DNA of 59,560 nucleotides from Candidatus Hodarchaeota archaeon (GCA_048886685.1 JBHLKM010000004.1:207989-267548), one strand, 5' to 3'; positions 1 to 10,423 are shown, counted from the stretch's first letter. Notes: generated by a model from the sequence alone, not told the origin. Numbers and translations: made by a program.

Positions 1-360
1 CCACCAACAGGACCTCCAAGTGCACCACCAACAGGGCCACCTAAGGCACCACCATCTGGAGGTGGACCCCCTAAAAGACCCAATTTACCACCAGCACCAA
101 AATTACCACCTTCTGGAGGCGCACCAGCAGCCCCACCTAGTGGGGGAGGACCACCAAAGGCTCCTGCTTTCGCTAAAAGGCCCGCAACTCCTAGTGCTCC
201 ACCCAGTGGAGGACCTCCTAGTGCAGGACCACCCAGACCCCCAGGGGCTCCAGCGGCAGCACCTGTAGCAGCAACGCAAGCCGGTGGAGGATTAAGTTCA
301 TTACGGGATGAAATGTTAGACGAATTGAACAGGTTAAAAAAGATTATGCGCGGGGAGTGA
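1..360 (+). CDS. 3' end of a proline/glycine-rich protein with C-terminal WH2-like amphipathic helix (5'-truncated by window edge)
   Basis: Frame +1 is open from base 1 to TGA at 358-360: PPTGPPSAPPTGPPKAPPSGGGPPKRPNLPPAPKLPP...AGGGLSSLRDEMLDELNRLKKIMRGE*. Absent from the ORF track, which lists only its shadow frame. Confidence 0.85.
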   Translation, partial: PPTGPPSAPPTGPPKAPPSGGGPPKRPNLPPAPKLPPSGGAPAAPPSGGGPPKAPAFAKRPATPSAPPSGGPPSAGPPRPPGAPAAAPVAATQAGGGLSSLRDEMLDELNRLKKIMRGE

Positions 361-621
361 ATGCTGGTTAAAGAGATTAATCTATTCAAAAATTCTGTAA
401 AATTATAAACAATCTCTGAGTTTGGGGTAAATAAACCACCAATTAAATTCAGATCATTATTTCTACTCTCTTTTTCTAGAAGTTTTTTTCTATGAAATGA
501 TCAATTCATTATAGAAAACTTTGTTAGTGTAATATTAATTAAGATATTTAGGATTATAATATAATATTACAGTGCAAGTATTAAAATTAAAAAAGTAGAA
601 AAGATATTTTCAGAGCGAAAT

Positions 622-1743
622 ATGGGAAATCTAACTGTCGTAATGGATATAGGTCAATTTTCCACTAAGATAGGATTTGCGGGTGAAGATTCTCCTAATC
701 AAGTGTTCTTAACAATGGTTGGGAAACCAAAATATCAAAGCGTAAGTATCGATTACGCACCACCTAAAACTCGAGAAGATGAGATTTATGTGGGAGATGA
801 AATCCAATCTATCGGACTATATAAGATTTTTCACCCTATTGAAAAAGGAATTATTATTGACTGGAAGCATTTTGAAAATATCATAGATTATATCTTTTAT
901 AATTTGAGAGTAGATCCCACTCTTGTTAATGTACTTTTCGCAATTCATCCATTATTTCCATATAAAGATTTAGAGAAAATTTTTGAGCTTTTTTTAGAAA
1001 AATATCAATGCATGGCATTCTATCCAGTATTAGATTCTATGTTGACCTTATATTCAGGGGGTTTTCAAACAGGTTTAATTATCGAGATTGGTGATAGTAA
1101 TACAAGAATTGTTCCTATCTATGAAGGTTATAAGATTGAACATGCGGTAAGAATTCTAGAAATTGGGGGGAGAGTTTTAACACATTATATGGAGCAAATA
1201 TTAGAATCTATTGGTTGGTCTGTTGATTCATCTATTCGAAGAGAATTAGTGAGAGTCTTAAAAGAAAAAGCTTGTTTTGTTTCTTTAGATTATAAAGAAG
1301 ATTTAAAGAGAAGTGAACAATATAACAAAGAATATTCCCTGCCAGATGGTTCCACAATTTCTTTACATAATGAAAGATTTTTAGTCCCGGAGCTAATATT
1401 TAATCCATCCTCCCAATTAGAAGAAGATTCGCTGCCAGTAGCTGTTTTGGATGTGATTGAAGCTTGTGATTTGGATATTCGCCCAGAGTTATTGAATAAT
1501 ATTTTTTTATCGGGAGGTTCTTCAATGTTTCCGAATTTGAAATCACGAATGTATCAGGAATTAGAACTCGAATTAGCCAGAAGGAAAAAGAAAAATCAGG
1601 TTGTAAGAATCATCGCACCTCGAGAGAGAACTTTTTCTGTGTGGGTAGGAGGTTCTATCCTAGCAATGATCCCAGAGTTTTCAGAAAATTGGATAACTAG
1701 AGCAAAATATTTTAATAATGGCATTCCTCCTAATTTGCTGTAA
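622..1743 (+). CDS. Actin-related protein (divergent Asgard actin/ARP)
   Basis: Actin motifs DIGQFSTKIGFAGEDSP, YVGDE, PIEKGII.DW, IVPIYEGY, LKEKACFVSLDY, YSLPDG, LSGGSSMFP, SVWVGGSILA; 373 aa. Confidence 0.95.
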   Translation: MGNLTVVMDIGQFSTKIGFAGEDSPNQVFLTMVGKPKYQSVSIDYAPPKTREDEIYVGDEIQSIGLYKIFHPIEKGIIIDWKHFENIIDYIFYNLRVDPTLVNVLFAIHPLFPYKDLEKIFELFLEKYQCMAFYPVLDSMLTLYSGGFQTGLIIEIGDSNTRIVPIYEGYKIEHAVRILEIGGRVLTHYMEQILESIGWSVDSSIRRELVRVLKEKACFVSLDYKEDLKRSEQYNKEYSLPDGSTISLHNERFLVPELIFNPSSQLEEDSLPVAVLDVIEACDLDIRPELLNNIFLSGGSSMFPNLKSRMYQELELELARRKKKNQVVRIIAPRERTFSVWVGGSILAMIPEFSENWITRAKYFNNGIPPNLL

Positions 1744-1854
1744 TCTATAGTTTCACCTCTAATTGGGTATTATTGTGATATTACATTTAAATATATAATT
1801 TTGCTCAATATTTATTCATAATATAAATATTCTCCTTTAAAGGTCCTTTAAAAG

Positions 1855-2193
1855 ATGGAAGAGTTTGAAAAAGAAAATTTTTATAAACCTGGTTATTCCG
1901 TTTTATTCAATAAAATCAAAGATATTAAAACTCCAATAAAAAATGAAATTCTTATGGCACTACTAGATGGTCAATGGCATTCCGAGCTTGAATTAATAAG
2001 AATTACTAAGAAACAGCATGGATATATTGGTGCGGTTACTTTGGGAACTATGATAAATTCGTTGAACCACATGATTAAAAATAATTATTTGGAAAAAAAA
2101 ATAGTAAACACTAAGCTTTACTACAAGATTTCAGATAATTATGTAGGCTTAACTAGAGCAGCCTATCGATTTAATGCAAAGAAATTCTTTTAG
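1855..2193 (+). CDS. Small winged-helix protein, putative DNA-binding
   Basis: ILMALLDGQWHSELEL helix-turn-helix followed by YLEKK...LYYKIS wing hairpin. Confidence 0.55.
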   Translation: MEEFEKENFYKPGYSVLFNKIKDIKTPIKNEILMALLDGQWHSELELIRITKKQHGYIGAVTLGTMINSLNHMIKNNYLEKKIVNTKLYYKISDNYVGLTRAAYRFNAKKFF

Positions 2194-2235
2194 AAGTAAA
2201 TTTTTTGATCTTGATTAGGAATTAAGTTAATTAAA

Positions 2236-4380
2236 TTATTTTTTTACGCACTTTCCTTTATAAATTTTGAAATCTTCACAATTAGAACAAAATCCCTTTC
2301 CATGATTATCTTTAAAACCCTCATTCCAACATTTAGGACAGATATAATAATTATAGGTTTTTTTATTCTTTATAAGTGATACATTAAAAATATTGAAGTT
2401 ACAAATCGAACAATTCGACTCCAACAATTTAATTTTTCCTTTCTTTGGTAATGATAAAAAATTTTTACAATTTTCATCTGAGCACACTAAGAATTTTCTA
2501 TTTTTTAGATTAATAAATTTCATAGGGCTCTTATTACAGAATGGACAATTAGCTGAAGTTAAAGGAATAGTATAAGTCATTTTAAACCCATTAGCTTTTA
2601 AAATCAATTCATTTCTATGAGCTAAAAACTTATCAAAAAGATTTAAAAATTCTGACCTTACTTCATTTACAACGTCATCCATTCTTCTTCTTTGTTCTTT
2701 AATTTCTTCAAGTTTTGCTTCAACAATTTTAGTAAAATCTGGTTTTAAAAAGGGTAACCATACTTTTATTAAATTTTCTATAATAAATTTACCCAATTCT
2801 GTTATTGAATAGTGATGCTTAGATCTTTCTATCAATTTACGAGTCTGCAGTATTTTAATGATCTTAGGTCGCGTTGATTTTGTTCCCAGACCTTTTTTTT
2901 CCATTAGTCTAAGTAAGGAAGTATCCGAATAGATTGGTGGAGGTTGAGTTTCTTTTTGGCTTAGTAAAATTTTTTTTATAGGAATTAAATCACTAGAAAT
3001 TTGGATTTGTTCTGTATACTGAGGTCTAAGAAAAGGTGCTATTTCTAAAAATCCTTCAGAAATTAAAGATAATCGTTTAGCTTTAAATTGTTCATCTTTA
3101 ATTAAAAGGTGTAACTCTTGTATTGATTCTACTGCGTATTCCCCAAATAATGCGAGATAATGTCGCGCAATTAAGTTATAGACTTTCTTTTGTAAATCAG
3201 TTTCAAATCTCTTATCATTTACTTCTAAGCTCTCGAGAGGTGTAATAGGGGGATGATCTTCCGCATCTTTTTTTCCTTTTGTTGGAACTATTCTTTTTGC
3301 TTTTATTAAATTAAGAGTATATTTTCCAAACTGAGAATGCGAAGAAAATTGATTTAAAATCCCAATATGGTTAAAATCTGCTTTATATATATCACTATCT
3401 GTTCTTGGATATGAAATCAATTTATTTAGATATAATGCATTCATGATGTTTAGGGCTGTGTTAGCAGAAATTCTTAGATTCTTAGTTAAAAGTATTAGTG
3501 CTTTTGAAGTATTTAATGGAGATGGAGGTGCTCTCTTAATTAATTTTTGAGGTTTATCAAGTATTTTAGCAACTTTCTCATCCTTAATTTTTTGAAATAT
3601 CTGTCTTACATTGAATTCTTGATCTTTTTTAAAAGGATTTAATACATGGTGGGCTTGAAAGGTTCCTTTTTCATGAAATAAGACCGCATCAATTAAGAAG
3701 TAAGGTTCTGGTACAAAATTTGTTATATCTTGGTCTCTTAAATATATCAAATAAAGAAGACTGGTTTGAACCCTTCCTATTGACGTAAACTGAACTCTAA
3801 ATTTGTTTAATAAAGGGCGAAGCGTATTAGTAACCTCTCTAGTAGCAGAAAAACCTATAAATGCATCAATAAGAGCTCTTGCTTCACCTGATTCACCCCA
3901 ACTATACTTTGGGTTAATTAAATTATTGAATTTCTTAATTATTTCATTTTTTTGTAATGAACTAAGCCATAATTGGGAGATCTTTATGTTAGGATTTGCT
4001 TGCTTTATAAAGGGAAGTGCATCAATTAGTCCGATATTGCATCCTTCGATGTCCGCATCAGTTCCAATAATACAGTGATTTGAAACTTTTGAATATTCTT
4101 TTAAAGTTTTAATATATGGACCAGCATAATTTATCGGAAATTTCTTTATTGCATTGGAATTGGAAATTATTTCTCTGGGATTAGTTTTAGTCCAACTCTT
4201 ATAAGCTTCGGTGTTTTTATATTCGAGAAGATGACCTCGTAATGGAATTACGTATATATCCTTCGATGGAACGTTATATACATTTAAGGATATTGCTTTA
4301 TTAATTGTTTTAACTACGCCAAGAGCCTTTGCAATAGCTTCTGCGGCTTTATTTTTTTCTGCTATTATTATAGTTGTCAT
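2236..4380 (-). CDS. topA: Type IA DNA topoisomerase (topoisomerase III-type) with C-terminal Zn ribbons
   Basis: TOPRIM IAEK and DADIEG, SIGRVQT, catalytic ISYPRTDS, DHPPITP, GLGTKSTR, multiple CxxC at the C-terminus. Confidence 0.95.
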   Translation of the reverse strand: MTTIIIAEKNKAAEAIAKALGVVKTINKAISLNVYNVPSKDIYVIPLRGHLLEYKNTEAYKSWTKTNPREIISNSNAIKKFPINYAGPYIKTLKEYSKVSNHCIIGTDADIEGCNIGLIDALPFIKQANPNIKISQLWLSSLQKNEIIKKFNNLINPKYSWGESGEARALIDAFIGFSATREVTNTLRPLLNKFRVQFTSIGRVQTSLLYLIYLRDQDITNFVPEPYFLIDAVLFHEKGTFQAHHVLNPFKKDQEFNVRQIFQKIKDEKVAKILDKPQKLIKRAPPSPLNTSKALILLTKNLRISANTALNIMNALYLNKLISYPRTDSDIYKADFNHIGILNQFSSHSQFGKYTLNLIKAKRIVPTKGKKDAEDHPPITPLESLEVNDKRFETDLQKKVYNLIARHYLALFGEYAVESIQELHLLIKDEQFKAKRLSLISEGFLEIAPFLRPQYTEQIQISSDLIPIKKILLSQKETQPPPIYSDTSLLRLMEKKGLGTKSTRPKIIKILQTRKLIERSKHHYSITELGKFIIENLIKVWLPFLKPDFTKIVEAKLEEIKEQRRRMDDVVNEVRSEFLNLFDKFLAHRNELILKANGFKMTYTIPLTSANCPFCNKSPMKFINLKNRKFLVCSDENCKNFLSLPKKGKIKLLESNCSICNFNIFNVSLIKNKKTYNYYICPKCWNEGFKDNHGKGFCSNCEDFKIYKGKCVKK

Positions 4381-4538
4381 TACAGTCTACTAATCCCAAG
4401 ACATTTAATAAATAAATTTTCGAAGATCAAATAATATATCATAACAGATAAATTAATTACTGGTTGTTATTAAATGAAAAACACGGATTTATTATTTTAA
4501 TTATTAAGAGATCTTCAGTTCTTTTTCATACCACAATT

Positions 4539-7500
4539 TTAAAACGGTAATGTGAATGTGAAGGTGGATCCTTTGTTTCTCCCTTCAGATTCAAGCCAAA
4601 TTTTCCCACCATGTAACTCAACAAGCTTTTTAGTAATATATAACCCAAGTCCGGTACCTTCAATAGCTACATCCCATCCTTGACCATATCTTTCAATTTT
4701 TCCAAATTGTTTAAAAACTTGATTTTTTTCTTCCTCCGTAAAACCAATTCCATTATCCTTTACTTCAAAAGCATATCCATTATTCACTTCTTTAGCATTT
4801 ATTTCAATCCAACCATAATCTGGTGTAAATTTAATAGCATTTGAAATTAAATTTGTAAAAATTGTAAAGATACGTGTTGTATCCACATTTAATGTGATTA
4901 CATGATTAATATCTAATATTATCTCAAGGTTTTTCTCATTAATCTGATAACTTAATTCATCAAGACAGTCATTTATTATCGTAGTAACATTTACTTGTTC
5001 TTTCTGAAGTTTTATTTGATTTTCATCAATTTTCATGACTTCTAAAAGTTGATCCATTAAAATCTCTAATCTTTTGACATTCCTCTGAACAGTTTTTAAA
5101 TCTTCTGTGACCTCCGCTGTTAGACTGTTTTTATGCTTCATAAGTATGTAATCGGTATAACCTGAAATAGAGATTAATGGGGTTTTTAATTCATGTGTAG
5201 CCATAGTTATAAAGTCATTTTTAATTTGATCCATTTTCATCAATTCGATATTTTGTTCTCTTAATTTCTTTTCAGATTCAAGTAACTCCTGTTCTAATTT
5301 GAATTTCTCAGTAATATCTGTAAAAGTACCTTCAACCTCCTTAGGTTCCCCATCAGAGTTATAAATTAAGTGTGCATTGATATTTATAGTTAATATTTCT
5401 CCATCCTTCTTAGTAACTTGCGCAATAAAATTCCTGATAAACCCTTTTTCTTCTAGTTCTTTGTAATATCGTTCTTGAGTATCTTTAAGTGTAAAAAATC
5501 TAGATGAGTTTGCTCCAATGATACTATCATTTTGCTTAAATCCTAAAATTCTATTGAATGCTTGATTATGCATCAATAATTTTCCCTTATACTCTCCTTT
5601 ATAAAATCCTACATCCAAATTATTAACCATGTTTCGATATTTTTCTTCTGATTCTATTAATTGATTTTCCATTTCCTTGCTTTCAGTAATGTCTCGAATA
5701 ATAGTAATAATTTGGTCGACTTTATCTTCGCTAAAGATAGGAATTTTCCGAGTTTCAGTAGTTAAATCTTGATCATCTAAAGTTATAGTTTCTGTTGTAA
5801 TGAGAGTCATCCCATTTTCAAACACTTGCCAATATTCTTCACGGACTTCATCTGGTAAAAATGGAAAGGCTTCAAATATCTGTTTCCCAAGTATTTCTTT
5901 ATCAATATTTAACCTTTCCAACCATCTTTCAAATTCCTTGTTTACTAGGATAATTCTTAAATCTTTGTTAACAACATGGAGAGGATCACCTAACGAATCA
6001 ATTGTAGTACGATACTGTTGTTCAGACTTCTTTAATTTCTCTTCAGCATTTGTTTTTTCAGTAATGTCTTGGATAGTGACTTGATGAATAATTTCATTAT
6101 CTAATTCAATAGTCGAAATTTCAGATTGAACCCAAGCAGGTGTGCCGTCTTTTTTATAAATTTTTATTAATTTAGGGATTACTTTTGAGTCTAAAGTTCT
6201 TCTTTGTGATAATAATTTAGGCAATTCCCGTAAAGCATTTTTAGTCTCAGAAGGATATACACCAATCAGACCTAAATAATTATTTCCAATAAGATTTTCT
6301 TTATTATATCCAAATATCGTATGGATTGTAGAATTTATATCAATAATTGAACCCTCTGAATTTAAAAGAACGATACCATAAGGTGAATTTTCATATAAAT
6401 GTCGAAATTTACGCTCAGATTCTATTACCTTTTGTTGTGCAATCCGCTTTTCAGTTATATCGATAAATGTTATTAAATCAGCAATCTTACCTTGATAATT
6501 TATTACTTTTGAATGTAGTTCGATCCATTTAATTTCTTTTGAATGAGTTATTATTCTACAGGTATAGTGAGACATTAGATCAGTATCTTCTTCCATTTTT
6601 CTCCTTAATTGCTCTAAAACATAAGGCAGGTCATCGGGATGGATCTTATTTGTAAATTCATTTCTATCCCATTTAACTATTTCGGCCATAGAATATCCTG
6701 TAATTCTAGATAAAGCTTGATTTGTATAGATTACATATCCATCTTGTAAAATTGCTATGCCTAGAGAAGTTTGTTCAGCAATATTTCTAAATTTTTCCTC
6801 CGAATCCCTTAGTTCCTTGGTTCTTTCTTGGACTATTTGCTCAAGTTCTTCATTTAAGATTCTCAGTTCCTCTTCAGATTTTTTTAAATCTGTTATATCT
6901 TGAATAATTGCTTGAGTAAGAGTTTTACCTCCAATTTTTACAAGAGAACTCAGAATTGATACCCATATTTTTTTTCCATCATGTCTGGTGATCTGGAACT
7001 CTAATGGTCCTAATCTATCTCCTCTCAGAAATTTATCAAACCGTTCCTTCAGCAAAATGATAAGATCATCGGAATCGTCTAAGAATGATAGAACTTCAGT
7101 AAAGTTTTTCCCTATTAAGTCTCCTATTTTTAAGACAGAAAGTAAGTTAATAATTGTTGAATTACTCTCTACAATTATTCCATTCTCATCCATTAGCCAT
7201 ATAGGATAAGGGCAACTTTCAAATAAATGGTGATATTTTTGTTCAGATTCTTTAAGCTTTTGTTCTAATAGAAATTTTTCTGTTATATCTCGTACTATAC
7301 CACTAAAACCTATAATTTTTCCATTAATATCATTTCTTAAACATACTGAAGATTCACAGATAGCTATATTTCCATTTTTATTGCGAAATTGAAATTGAAA
7401 ATTTGATTTTGGTAATCCTGTTTCTAGTACTTGTGTATAAACATCTCGAATTTTATTTTTGTTTTCTTCATCAACAAATTTCTGATAACTTACTCCCAGT

Positions 7501-8477
7501 AATTCTTGCCGTTGATATCCAAAAAGATCAATAAAAGCGTCATTGAAGAAAGTAAAGTTTCCATTAAGATCAACTTCAAAGTAACCTTCATTGATAGTAT
7601 CAAGAATTCCACGGTATTTTTCCTCAGATTCTTTCAATTTTTCTTCAGCTGTTTTTCGAATTGTGATATCTTCGTAAGTTGAGAGAATACCGACTACATT
7701 CTGCTTTAAATCATGCAAAGGAATTCTGTTGATCTCAAACCAGACTTGATTTCCGTCTTTTGTGGTAATTGATGTAACAGAATTAAATTCTGGCATATCA
7801 TTTTCCATAACTCTGCGCTCCTTTTCGTGAATAGTCTCGATATTATTCTTAAGCCAAATTAAATCATTATCTGTTCTCCCAATGATATCCGATCCAATTT
7901 CTAATTCATTTAATAATGCAAAATTTTTATTACATCCTAAGTAAACAAGATTTGCGTCTTTCCAATGAATATAATGAGGGATATTATCGATTACTAATTC
8001 TAACATTTCTCTTGTTTTTTGAACAGTATTGACACCTTCTTTTGATTGGATAAGCTTCCAGTATCTGATTTCAGGTAAAGAATCTGATAACTCTCTAAAT
8101 CGATTTTGAATTTCTTTATAATCTTCTTCAACTTTTTTGAATTTAGAGATATCTCTGCATATTAAAAAAATCCTACTCTTGTTAGTGTTATCTGGAAATC
8201 TTCTTCCTTTTATTTCGTGCCATCTAAAATATCCTTTTTCATCGATTATCCTTGATTCCTCTGCTCCAAATCCATGTTTTAAGGTATTTTTTAGAAATTT
8301 ATCTACGCGTTTTTTGTCATCAGGATGTACGAAATCAAATATATATTTTTCCTCCTTGAAATCTTCAAAATTAGCGTATTCGCACATAAATTTTTCATTA
8401 AGAATTAATATTGGATCTTCTATGTTTTCAGAGATAATTTGATTAATGTTATTGATTTTATTAATTGTGCTTGTCAT
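4539..8477 (-). CDS. Cytoplasmic multi-PAS (about 8) sensor histidine kinase
   Basis: Repeated PAS/PAC units ending DIT/DIS; H-box ATHELKTPL, N-box NLISNAIKFT, G1 DNGIG, G2 GTGLGL; no transmembrane segment. Confidence 0.95.
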   Translation of the reverse strand: MTSTINKINNINQIISENIEDPILILNEKFMCEYANFEDFKEEKYIFDFVHPDDKKRVDKFLKNTLKHGFGAEESRIIDEKGYFRWHEIKGRRFPDNTNKSRIFLICRDISKFKKVEEDYKEIQNRFRELSDSLPEIRYWKLIQSKEGVNTVQKTREMLELVIDNIPHYIHWKDANLVYLGCNKNFALLNELEIGSDIIGRTDNDLIWLKNNIETIHEKERRVMENDMPEFNSVTSITTKDGNQVWFEINRIPLHDLKQNVVGILSTYEDITIRKTAEEKLKESEEKYRGILDTINEGYFEVDLNGNFTFFNDAFIDLFGYQRQELLGVSYQKFVDEENKNKIRDVYTQVLETGLPKSNFQFQFRNKNGNIAICESSVCLRNDINGKIIGFSGIVRDITEKFLLEQKLKESEQKYHHLFESCPYPIWLMDENGIIVESNSTIINLLSVLKIGDLIGKNFTEVLSFLDDSDDLIILLKERFDKFLRGDRLGPLEFQITRHDGKKIWVSILSSLVKIGGKTLTQAIIQDITDLKKSEEELRILNEELEQIVQERTKELRDSEEKFRNIAEQTSLGIAILQDGYVIYTNQALSRITGYSMAEIVKWDRNEFTNKIHPDDLPYVLEQLRRKMEEDTDLMSHYTCRIITHSKEIKWIELHSKVINYQGKIADLITFIDITEKRIAQQKVIESERKFRHLYENSPYGIVLLNSEGSIIDINSTIHTIFGYNKENLIGNNYLGLIGVYPSETKNALRELPKLLSQRRTLDSKVIPKLIKIYKKDGTPAWVQSEISTIELDNEIIHQVTIQDITEKTNAEEKLKKSEQQYRTTIDSLGDPLHVVNKDLRIILVNKEFERWLERLNIDKEILGKQIFEAFPFLPDEVREEYWQVFENGMTLITTETITLDDQDLTTETRKIPIFSEDKVDQIITIIRDITESKEMENQLIESEEKYRNMVNNLDVGFYKGEYKGKLLMHNQAFNRILGFKQNDSIIGANSSRFFTLKDTQERYYKELEEKGFIRNFIAQVTKKDGEILTININAHLIYNSDGEPKEVEGTFTDITEKFKLEQELLESEKKLREQNIELMKMDQIKNDFITMATHELKTPLISISGYTDYILMKHKNSLTAEVTEDLKTVQRNVKRLEILMDQLLEVMKIDENQIKLQKEQVNVTTIINDCLDELSYQINEKNLEIILDINHVITLNVDTTRIFTIFTNLISNAIKFTPDYGWIEINAKEVNNGYAFEVKDNGIGFTEEEKNQVFKQFGKIERYGQGWDVAIEGTGLGLYITKKLVELHGGKIWLESEGRNKGSTFTFTLPF

Positions 8478-8603
8478 TTTGGGAATAACCTCATTAGAGA
8501 GAGTAATTATTTCTTTTCTTTAATTAAGATTAGAAGAATTAAAAATATAATTTTTCCGATTGAAATTCTTTTAATAGGTTTTACAAAAAAAATCTGGAAT
8601 TTG

Positions 8604-9713
8604 TTATCCTAGGTTACCTGCCCACCCTCGCACCCTTTTTCTCATTTCTTCTTGCTTTAAAATTATCTCTGAATACTGATTTTCGGTTTTATTTGTTAAA
8701 TCAGCTAATTCTGGTACAAAATTATACATCACAAAGAGTTCCTTGGAATCCTTTGAAATTAAACTATTGGTTATTTTCATTGGGTCATATTGAAAATTTT
8801 CAAATTTTGATTCCCAAGTGTTTAAAAAGTCATCGATATCGTTTTTGTGGTTAAAAATAGGTAACACTCCTAAACTATTTGGAGTTGTTACTGCAACATT
8901 CGCTCGTTTTAAACTGAATCTATTCCCATTGAAAGAGATTGCAATACCACCTTCATTGCTTAGTCTTTGAAGCATATTAATATCTGTAATTGAATCTCCT
9001 AATGCTATCATTTCTGATATTGGTATTCCTATCCTTTGAGATATTTCTTCAACAGCAATTTCCTTTCTTTTTCCCCCCCTAACTTTTACTTTATTCATTA
9101 CTCTAATGTAATCTGATTCCTTTCTCATCCAGAAGAAATTGTTTAAATCTTCAATAACGCCATCGAGATTTTTATCACTGTTTAGATATTTTTGGAAAAT
9201 TACATTTAATAATGTTTCTACATCTTCTTCAATATTATGAAACCCTTTCTTCAGATTTTTGATATTTAAATCTGTACAGTAAACATGATCTTTTGAAATA
9301 CCTAAAGAAGCAGTTACATTATAAGCAAAATGAGAATAACTAGTTGAAATAATGAATATTTCCCAATCTTTTCGCAAAATATTCATTAATTCTCGACATC
9401 CTGGTAATAACCCAAGCTCACTTTTGGCTATTTTCATCAATTCTTTGTCAGTATAGCATGCCGTATAGAGTGGTGCCATTATTCTTAAGGTATCTCCGGG
9501 TTGATAATCTGGAATGTTTAATTTTTCCTTTACACCTGGAACATCGATAATATAATCATCGTAGTTAGAAATCATTTTAAAGAAAGCACCCATATCAAAC
9601 TTTTGTAAATTAAGCTCAGATTTATCACCTAAAAGCTTACCAATTTCAGCAGCAAAATCAATAATACTAATTGGCCCCTCTAAATCCCAACAGCACACAT
9701 TCTTTTTACTCAT
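8604..9713 (-). CDS. HAD-superfamily protein (COG4030/EhaR-like)
   Basis: Motif I WDLEGP, ISTSY, GDSITD, SFNGN. Confidence 0.75.
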   Translation of the reverse strand: MSKKNVCCWDLEGPISIIDFAAEIGKLLGDKSELNLQKFDMGAFFKMISNYDDYIIDVPGVKEKLNIPDYQPGDTLRIMAPLYTACYTDKELMKIAKSELGLLPGCRELMNILRKDWEIFIISTSYSHFAYNVTASLGISKDHVYCTDLNIKNLKKGFHNIEEDVETLLNVIFQKYLNSDKNLDGVIEDLNNFFWMRKESDYIRVMNKVKVRGGKRKEIAVEEISQRIGIPISEMIALGDSITDINMLQRLSNEGGIAISFNGNRFSLKRANVAVTTPNSLGVLPIFNHKNDIDDFLNTWESKFENFQYDPMKITNSLISKDSKELFVMYNFVPELADLTNKTENQYSEIILKQEEMRKRVRGWAGNLG

Positions 9714-9836
9714 TAGGATTAACTCTTTAGAATATTTAATATTTAAATTAAGTGTACAAATTTTAAATAACTCATTTATTAAGAGTTTATTATAGTTGAC
9801 ATACTTTTAAAAGAAAATATAAGAAAATTTTCGGAT

Positions 9837-10322
9837 TTAGAGTTTAACTTTAAAAATTTCTTGAATTGATTTTTCTTTTCTTTCTCTTTTAACAATTTCC
9901 TTCCAGTTTGGTTCTATTATGTCAAAAGCTTCTTGGGCAAGATTCTTGACTTCTTCATCAGAATAACTAAGGAATGGTCCAATATACTCTAACGCTCTTT
10001 TATCCTTGATTTCTTTTAAAGCTTCTATTATATAAATAATTCTATATCTATCTATCTCAGAAGCATTTAATTCATCTTTAAGTTTTTCTATAATCCTTAA
10101 TGTTGCTCTCCCATCACCGATCCTTCCGAGAGCTTCTATGATCTTGTTGATAACGAGATGATCTTCCTCTGATCTTAAGGCACGACAAAGCAAATTTACC
10201 GATTTACCTTCTTTCATAATTCCGAGTTCTCTTGCTGCATCAGCTCTTTTTTGCCAATCCTCATCATGAAAGAGTTGCTTAATTAATGAGTTATATTTAA
10301 CATTTTGTTCATGCCAATCCAT
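9837..10322 (-). CDS. HEAT/PBS-lyase-like repeat protein
   Basis: RADAARELG, IIEALGRIGD and IIEALKEIKD repeats. Confidence 0.8.
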   Translation of the reverse strand: MDWHEQNVKYNSLIKQLFHDEDWQKRADAARELGIMKEGKSVNLLCRALRSEEDHLVINKIIEALGRIGDGRATLRIIEKLKDELNASEIDRYRIIYIIEALKEIKDKRALEYIGPFLSYSDEEVKNLAQEAFDIIEPNWKEIVKRERKEKSIQEIFKVKL

Positions 10323-10423
10323 AATTCAAGTAAAGCTTAATATTGAAATTATTATAAGTTGATGATTATAAAATATAAAACTATTAATATTGAGAGGTTA
10401 AGCGAATAATAAAAATATTATTT

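Noticed and set aside
20-268. His/Gln-rich 82-aa ORF
   Set aside because: Shifted-frame shadow of the proline-rich frame +1 gene (CCA runs read as CAC/CAG).
358-408. Selenocysteine readthrough of the TGA
   Set aside because: Only 15 nondescript codons follow, with no redox motif or recognisable SECIS.
2393-8442. Plus-strand ORFs at 2393, 3803, 5800, 6988 and 8137
   Set aside because: Antisense to well-supported topoisomerase and kinase genes; no motifs.
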